Source: Octopus sinensis (Eukaryota). From it: 54,440 bases of DNA. The stretch is taken from assembly GCF_006345805.1 (NCBI RefSeq), contig NW_021832535.1, positions 1-54,440 of the forward strand, read 5' to 3'. How positions within the stretch are numbered: the stretch's first letter is position 1; the number at the start of each line of letters is the position of its first letter. The notes below the pieces were generated by a model. It did no database searches, was not told where the DNA came from, and worked only from the letters and a program-made list of their open reading frames with translations. Both the position numbers and the translations under genes were made by a program. This document shows, one piece after another, positions 47,301 through 54,440 of this stretch.

Positions 47301-50014
47301 TACTACCATCACTACTACTATTACTACCATCACCACTACTAATACTACCATCACTTCCACCACTCTGACGACGTGCACTGCCATGACCACCACCACCTAT
47401 TCTAGTGTTGTACTGAAAAGCTTTTCCCCTAGTAACAATTAATAGCTTTTCTGTTTCCTTGTCTACTGATAATGATTTCACAAACACAGGGATATTAATT
47501 GTCTTAATTACTTCAACTTGATTATAATAATTGATGGCTAAAATATCTAAATGTGATGGTTTATCACAATAACAAACAATTTCACATTCACCCATCTTAC
47601 ACACCCGTACATAAGGCTGCCTAAATGATACACTTCTCACTCTCTTTGATAGGTTTCCGATGACCCTTAATTGTTTCTGTAGGGGTAATGTGACCCCTAT
47701 ATGATTAGAATCCCATCGACATACATCTGTGGCTGTAGACGGCAGAGATAATCTGGACACAATGTCTCCTTCCTCAGAAATATACAACAAGCAATCATGG
47801 TTGATGTCAGACACCACCAACTGTCCATTGGACAGATTACATATTTCGCCAATGACAAGTTTTTGGTCATTCTCCTTTTCTTTGAGTCGTAGATTTAGAT
47901 TTCTGATGTAAGGATTTTTAATGGGTAAAAGGCAGCCAGACGACCGGTCTTGATACTTGTAAAGAAGAAGCCTGTTGAGTTGAGTGTCCGGGACATAAAG
48001 AGTTCCTTGGAAAACAGCAATGTGAGGGTGAACAGGGAAAGGCAGTTCCCACTGCCATTTCATTTGTCCATATAGATCGTAACATCTGAGAATAAAGTGT
48101 CTCCTGAAGAGACATAGAAATAAACATTATCAGAGTAGATGTGTGATGAGGGTGGCCATAGAATGGAAGGTATTTTTGAAAAAGTTCTTCACCACATGTG
48201 GAATAAAATACCATTTTATTTTCGTTTCCATCTACGACTACAAAATTAATTGGAGTTGCAGCAATGCTGACATTATGATGTCCCAGAGAAATTCTTTCTG
48301 CAATGTCAACTTTATCTTGTTGATCAATAAGATATGGACCTCGCTTTTGTTTTCAGTGGTGGTCACAGCTAGAACTTATTTGATACAATATGACATATTT
48401 TCATGTAACCAGTTTGCACCTTTATTAAAGGGCCTTTTCTTAGTTCAGGACAGGTGATATACTGAAACCCTTTCATTTCAGGATAAAATACCAGGAATCT
48501 GTTTGCGTTTATTCTACAACAGAAAGAAAGCTCAAGGAAAACTGAATTATTTTGGTTAATTATTTCCCCGTTATCAGTGAATAATTTAGCTTTCTTGTTT
48601 TTGTAAATTATTAATATAGAAGATGTAGACATAGGTAGAATATTTGTAATGTTGTAGCAATCCTCAATATCAATATAGTCTTTTAAACTGGGGGTATGTA
48701 GCTGGTGGTTGTATGACAGTTTGGGCCAAAAGTCTTTATTCATTTGAATACCATGTGGTTTGCCGCAATAATCTGTTACCAAAATGGTATCTTTACCAAC
48801 AGAAATAGAGCGGCATTTCCTGCCAATGTCCCTCCTTGTCACACCACCTTTAGCTGAAATCCTATAAATTATTTGTCCCTGGAGGACATAGAAATAATTT
48901 TTGGTAGAGAGAGATTTTACTTGGGAGGTGCAGAGAATGGGTCTCTACCTCCCATAACTGTTGGCCATCCAGTTTGTAACAGATTACTCTGTGATGCTGG
49001 CGAATGTAATTACAAGTATATTCTGGACCCCTACAGCAATATCTGTAGGGGTTTCTTTGGTAATAAATTGATAGTTTAATGGTATTATCCTCCCAATCAA
49101 ATTGGTAAACTGTTTTACCAAACATTTCTACACCTATAAGTGTAGAATCTTCAAGTAACTCACCATATGTAACCCCAACTTTATCCTTTTGATCTTTAAG
49201 GTTTTGGGCTGATAATAAGAATCATTCATGGAAGGGGAGGGTTGCCAGAACCATGTCTTCACTGATTCTTGTGAAACTGGTCACAGAAGATGGACAATGG
49301 ACATCAATTCTGTCACTGTCTCTTGTTACTAAATTATTATCTTGCAATTGTGGGAATATGTCATCACTCCTCCTCTATGATGACAATATTGGATATTATT
49401 GGGATTTCTTCAAATTCTTCTCCAGATTCCTCAATATTTGCTTCTCTTGTCACAACTGGCTGAAGAGGCCGAAATTTTGTGATTATTTTTGGTGGTTCAA
49501 TGGTTTTTGTTTGTCTTGTAGAATATTTCTTTGTATATAGTGTTCCAGGAACAATTCTAGTTTTCCAAAAATTATAAATTCTTGATTGTAATCGTTTTTT
49601 TTAATGTCTTTCGTCAGAATTTCTATTCTCTGTGTAAAATGTTTTAGAAAAGTATTTTCATCCATTCCTATTCTTTTTAAAAAAGTACATATTTCTTTCC
49701 GAGAATTTATCAGCAAATTCATTTTGTCCTCATAGGCATTGAATCTTGTATAAAATATGTGTTTGTCGAAAACATCTCGTTTTCTAATTATTTCCCAGTT
49801 TTTAGGGTCTCCTTTATGTCTTTTTTGTTTTGTTGTTGGCTGAGATGGAGATCGTTTCTCGGACATTTCTCTCCCTGAACCGTCGTCTCTCACATATTTA
49901 CCCCTTTGATTGTCAACTCCTTCTTCATCCCCTTTTGGTGTTGAGTAACTCAAAGCCCATTTCTGAGGGATAAGTTTCCTTAAAGTATTTTCAGTCTGGT
50001 CTTCCATAGTGAAT
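44396..50014 (-). pseudogene. Large single-exon locus for a protein with an N-terminal helical region and ~5-6 tandem NHL-like beta-propeller modules, disrupted
   Basis: A chain of abutting or overlapping minus ORFs runs from 50007 to 44396. Blade-like repeats include EICNLSNGQLVVSDINHDCLLYIS, DFDVSEEGKTVVCEKANNGNVKIFDADG and recurrent D(V/I)CRW. Acceptor TTTCTTTACAG lies 7 nt before the ATG, and AATAAA overlaps the final stop. Confidence 0.7.
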
Positions 50015-50869
50015 CTGTAAAGAAATATAAGGAAAACATTTAGCTTTGTGAAAATATTGAAGTTTCAGGGAGATGATGTTTGCTTCATCATTTGAAAAAC
50101 ACAAACAAAACATTTATGTATTTCTGTCAGTGAATTAATCTTGTCTAATTAATATTTAAACAACTTATTACAATCTATTCTAAGATGTATTAAGTTTCAT
50201 TAATTACATGGAGTCTAAATATTAGAAATAATTATTTTCACTGGAAATGATATTTGCTCTCAACATCACAAAGAAATAGTCATGTGTGGTTTAGATTTAT
50301 TTAACGATAATTAGTCAAAGAGATTCCCCTGCTCCAAAAGCACTCAATAACGAGACACACTAAGCTGTAGAGAAAATTAACTTTAATTGGTGTACATGCT
50401 ATATTATGTCCCACACACAGCATCATGTTAACATCAATGTTAACATGGAACATCATGTTACATGGAACAATCATGTTAACATGGAACAATTAGCAAAACA
50501 TAGACTTTATTATGTTTCATAGACATTTGTCAGGTACAAGTATTACTAATGATGGGACAGTCATGGGTGGCTTGGTTTCCATCATATTTACCTGGATTCA
50601 CAGATACCAATAAAGCCGGAGATGAAACTGTTCTTAACCTGACAAATGCTGTAAATCTCTCGACATTTCAATATAATCCACACAATTATCATACACAACA
50701 TTGATTAACTCGGAAAGCTTATCCAAAGATGGGCTTTCATATAATCACACTGATAGACAGCATGTTGAGAGGATCGTTATTATTTGTTGCTGATTGAGAT
50801 CATAAAGATTGTTAATGAATAAGCCCAATTAATGAAAGTTAGGTTCATCTTAATTATCTTTAATTTCAG

Positions 50870-50927
50870 GAACAATGTTTGGGTAGCAATGAGAAAGATG
50901 TGTTTGTATGAAAAAGGGGTTTGGCAG
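50870..50927 (+). CDS. Possible coding exon of a plus-strand host gene (NNVWVAMRKMCLYEKGVWQ)
   Basis: Pyrimidine-rich acceptor TTTAATTTCAG, open frame, CAG|GTGAAG donor. Phase-compatible with ATG 42202 of the putative first exon. Product not recognised. Confidence 0.25.
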
Positions 50928-51876
50928 GTGAAGTGTGTTTTGTTTTGTGTTAGGTGAGGAGTTATAACTTGGTGTAGTTTATTATGAAGTATTAGGGGTT
51001 TAATGAGGTGGATTAGGAAATATTGGTGGGGGTGTTTAATGACATTCTGGTGACCCATCATCATCAGAATGATCCTCCACTGCCTCCTTGGTCTATGAAA
51101 TAATGACTTACTCTATTGACCCCAGGAGGAATGAAAAATAAAAGAGACCTTCTTCAGGATACACATACATATATATGTATATATGATAGAATGAATGTGT
51201 ATAATATATACACAAGGATGCACATATGTATATTTATACATCCATACATCTGTATGTATGTATGATGATCATCATTGTTATCATATCTCATTATCCACCC
51301 ACTTTCCATGCTGGAATGGGTTGGATGGTTCAGATAATATCTTGCCTGAAGTTACATTTTCTGGTTTTCTTTCTGCAGCTGGATGCTCTTCCTGACACCA
51401 ACCACTGCACAAGTGCACTGGTGCATCTTTTGGCACCATCGCTAGAGACAATCGCCATGACCTTGACAAAACTAAAGGTTCCCCTCAATCTCTGGGTGTG
51501 ACATATCCCTGGGATGTGTGAGAGATCTAGGGTAATAAATATATGAAAAGGAGTGGCTGAGTGTTGGGGAGAGACTCAGGTAGGTCCAGTAACATCCCTA
51601 GTTTCATTGGAAGAATGGTGAAGAGAAGAGATTTACTGCCAATCTTTGTCACAGTAGTAAGATAGTAGAGTAAAAAGAAGAAGAGAGAGTGATTGAGAGA
51701 TGAAAGATAGAGTAGGGGTGATGGGGGGCGTGACAGTTGGGACTCAAGGTCCAAGAGTTGACACTCATCAAAGTGGTGTTTGGAGGTCTGGGAATATACC
51801 TCCAAAGAACCAGTTTGATAAATGCTAATAAACGAAACTTTTGGATTTTGGGTCACTTTGTTACTTCTGCTAAATA

Positions 51877-51913
<37 letters not shown>

Positions 51914-51914
<1 letters not shown>

Positions 51915-53283
51915 CAAAGGGCCTTAGAGTCAACCTAGCTAAAACCAAAGTCCTAATAAGTGGGAAGGCAAGCAAACCACAAATCCTTTCAGGTAGATGG
52001 CCCTGCCCGATCTGTAGTTGAGGTTTGGGTAGAAACTCTAAGATGTACCCAGTGTAAGCTATGGACACATAAGAGGTGCAGCAATATCAAAGGAAGGCTA
52101 ACTGGGAAGATAGCTTTTGTATGTGGCAGATGCTCGGGTGCAATAAACACTGAAAATGCACAGAGAACAACTTTCGCCACATTCCAGGAAGAAAAACTAG
52201 AAGTAGTTGATAGCTTCTATTACCTAGGTGACCAAGTCAGTAGTGGGGGAGGGTGCGCTGAAAGTGTAGCTGCTAGAATAAGAGTAGCTTGGGCAAAGTT
52301 TAGAGAGCTCTTACCTCTGCTGGTGACAAAGGGCCTCTCACTCAGAGTAAAAGGTAGACCGTATGTTGCATGTGTACGAACAGCCATGCTACATGGCAGT
52401 GAAACATGGGCTGTGACTGCTGAGGACATGCGTAAGCTCGCAAGGAATGAAACCAGTATGATCTGATGGATATGTAATGTCAGTGTGCATACTCGACAGA
52501 GTGTAAGTACCTTGAGAGAAATATTGACCTAAGAAGCAGCAGATGGGTGTCAAAAGACGACTGCACTGGTATGGTCATGTTGCAAGAATGGATGAGGATA
52601 GCTGTGTGAAAAAGTGCCACACCCTAGCGGTTGAGGGAACCTGTGGAAGAGGTAGACCCAGGAAAACCTGGGATGAAGTGGTGAAGCATGACCTTCGAAC
52701 TTTAGGCCTCACCAAGGAAATGATTAGTGACAGACACTTTTGGAAATATGCCGTGCGTGAGAAGACTCGGCAAGCCACATGAGAACATAACCTCATGGTC
52801 TATGCAAGCGGTGTAACCAGCCCACTTATGCATACCTTTTCCTTCTTTGGACACTAAAACTCTGCTTGCGAAGACCTGTTGATGCAAGTGAAATCAAATC
52901 AAATCCGATGACTGGCATCTGTGCTAGCGGGGAGCAAAGAGCACCATACGAGTGTGATCGTTGACAGAGTGGCTAACCGGCTTCCATGCCAGTGGCACAT
53001 AAAAGTCGCCATTCGAGCTTGATAGTTACCAGCATTGCGTTACTGGCACATGTAAAAGATTTGAGCAAGGTCATTACCAGTATCGCGTGACTGGCCCCGT
53101 GCCGGTGACACGTAAAAGCACCCACTACACTCTCAGAGTGGTTGGCGTTAGGAAAAGCATCCAGCTGTAGAAACTCTGCCAGATCAAGATTGAAGCTGGT
53201 GCAACCATCTGTTCACCAGCCTTCAGTCAAATTGTCCAACCCATGCTAGCATGGAAAGAGGACATAAATTATCATGATGATGA
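51914..53283 (+). mobile_element. RTE-clade LINE, 5'-truncated, with long 3' UTR and (ATG)n tail
   Basis: GLRVNLAKTKVL, Cys/His cluster, FYYLGDQVSSGGG, AWAKFRELLPLL, MLHGSETW and RRLHWYGHVARMDEDSCVKKC..GRGRPRKTW. Confidence 0.92.
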
Positions 53284-54007
53284 TATATACATACATACAC
53301 ATATACATAAATGCACGTGTGAAACTATATGATATACCTTCACGTACCCGTGTATAAATGTTTGTGTCTATGTATGTTTATAGATATGAATCAATGAACG
53401 ACAAAAGAACAAGAGTTACGTAGACACGTTCATTAGCTTCCAGCTGTTTCTGCCACAGGAAGCAGTGAACTCGAGCTGAGTGTGTGTGCGCATAGGTGTC
53501 TGTGCATTTGTTTATGTTTGCAATCTCTTTTAAATTGCTCCAAGCAGAAACATCTGTCAATCTATCACCCCCACCTTGGAAGACATGGGAAATAAGAACT
53601 TTTGTTCTTGCAAAATGGTTTTGGGTGAGCAATAGGAAGGCTGTCTGTCTGTAAAACAAGGCTACAATAATATATTCACCTAACCCATGCTAGCATACAA
53701 AATCAGATGTGCAATCAAACATAAGTAAACCCATGTTTATGCATTCATATACTCTTATGCATGCAAAAACACACACACACACACACGTGTATGTGTGCAT
53801 CTGGTGTTAAGAAGATCATCCAGCTGTAGAAATCTTGCCAAATCTTTCATTGGAGCTCAGCAATGTCCTCTGGTTCACTGCTTCCTCGTCAACTGTCCTA
53901 CCCATGCCAGTTAGGGAAAATGGATGTCAAAACCTTTATAATACATCAGGTGGTGTATTTTCTTTTCTGTATTTTCCTTCTAATAATTTTGTTTTGTTTC
54001 TTGCCAG

Positions 54008-54126
54008 GTTCTCATGAGTCCCACTCAGTCGAGTCTATGACTACACTTGATGAGAGTCACCAATCCTCACTTGGCTTCAACCAAGAGAATATTTCCCCAA
54101 GTTCTTCCAACATGAACAGCACAATG
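54008..54126 (+). CDS. Possible Ser-rich coding exon of a plus-strand gene
   Basis: Long polypyrimidine tract ending TTGCCAG and a single open frame (SHESHSVESMTTLDESHQSSLG...). Donor ATG|GTTGGA is weak. Confidence 0.3.
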
Positions 54127-54239
54127 GTTGGATATGTTTTCTGGTGGAACACTGCAAACAAACGACTCTGTTTGTTTGACGTGACATTTGTTTATAATTC
54201 GCAGCAGATGTCAAGACAAGGAGACATGAGCAGACATAT

Positions 54240-54281
<42 letters not shown>

Positions 54282-54440
54282 ACATGCATACACATACAAG
54301 TACAAATGTAGATATGCATACATGAATATACACCCACATGTATATACCATAGGCTTTATCAGTTCCTGGTACGAAACCCACTCACAAGGCTTGAATAAAC
54401 CTGGAACATTAGAAGAATTAATTCTTTAATGTGCTGCAAA

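Noticed and set aside
46763-49224. In-frame stops of the propeller locus rescued by A-to-I editing to Trp
   Set aside because: The equivalent positions in other modules are not Trp, and editing cannot repair the many frameshifts.
49460-49474. CTGAAGA-GGCC-GAAA hammerhead-like core
   Set aside because: There is no stem I or stem III pairing, and it lies inside the propeller coding region.

Overview
AT-rich, microsatellite-dense metazoan genomic DNA. The SINE, RTE and CR1 families look like those of Octopus (inference from recalled motifs, not from a search). Most of the window is layered transposon debris: tRNA-headed SINEs, Tx1/L1, CR1, RTE and R4/Dong-type LINE fragments, mariner-, Tigger- and piggyBac-type DNA transposons, and non-autonomous Helitrons. 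Two things stand out. (1) A dense set of Penelope-like retroelements (PLEs) and PLE-type terminal repeats between 16 and 41 kb. They carry eight type I hammerhead ribozyme motifs from five unrelated sequence families. They include a young element with ~640-bp near-identical inverted repeats (22924-25875), a 259-bp coding-free palindromic miniature of the same family with the same inversion breakpoint (37461-37719), and an element whose RT 5' part is inverted (37921-40829). Fold-back 5' junctions also recur in other retroelement families here. (2) A 5.6-kb, essentially single-exon, transposon-free minus-strand reading frame (44396-50014) encoding about 5-6 tandem NHL-like beta-propeller modules, broken by many frameshifts and at least two in-frame stops. 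It may be nested in an intron of a plus-strand gene with an RFX X-box promoter at ~42.07 kb. All alignments and folds were done by eye, boundaries of old repeats are approximate, and most short ORFs in the supplied track are microsatellite artefacts.
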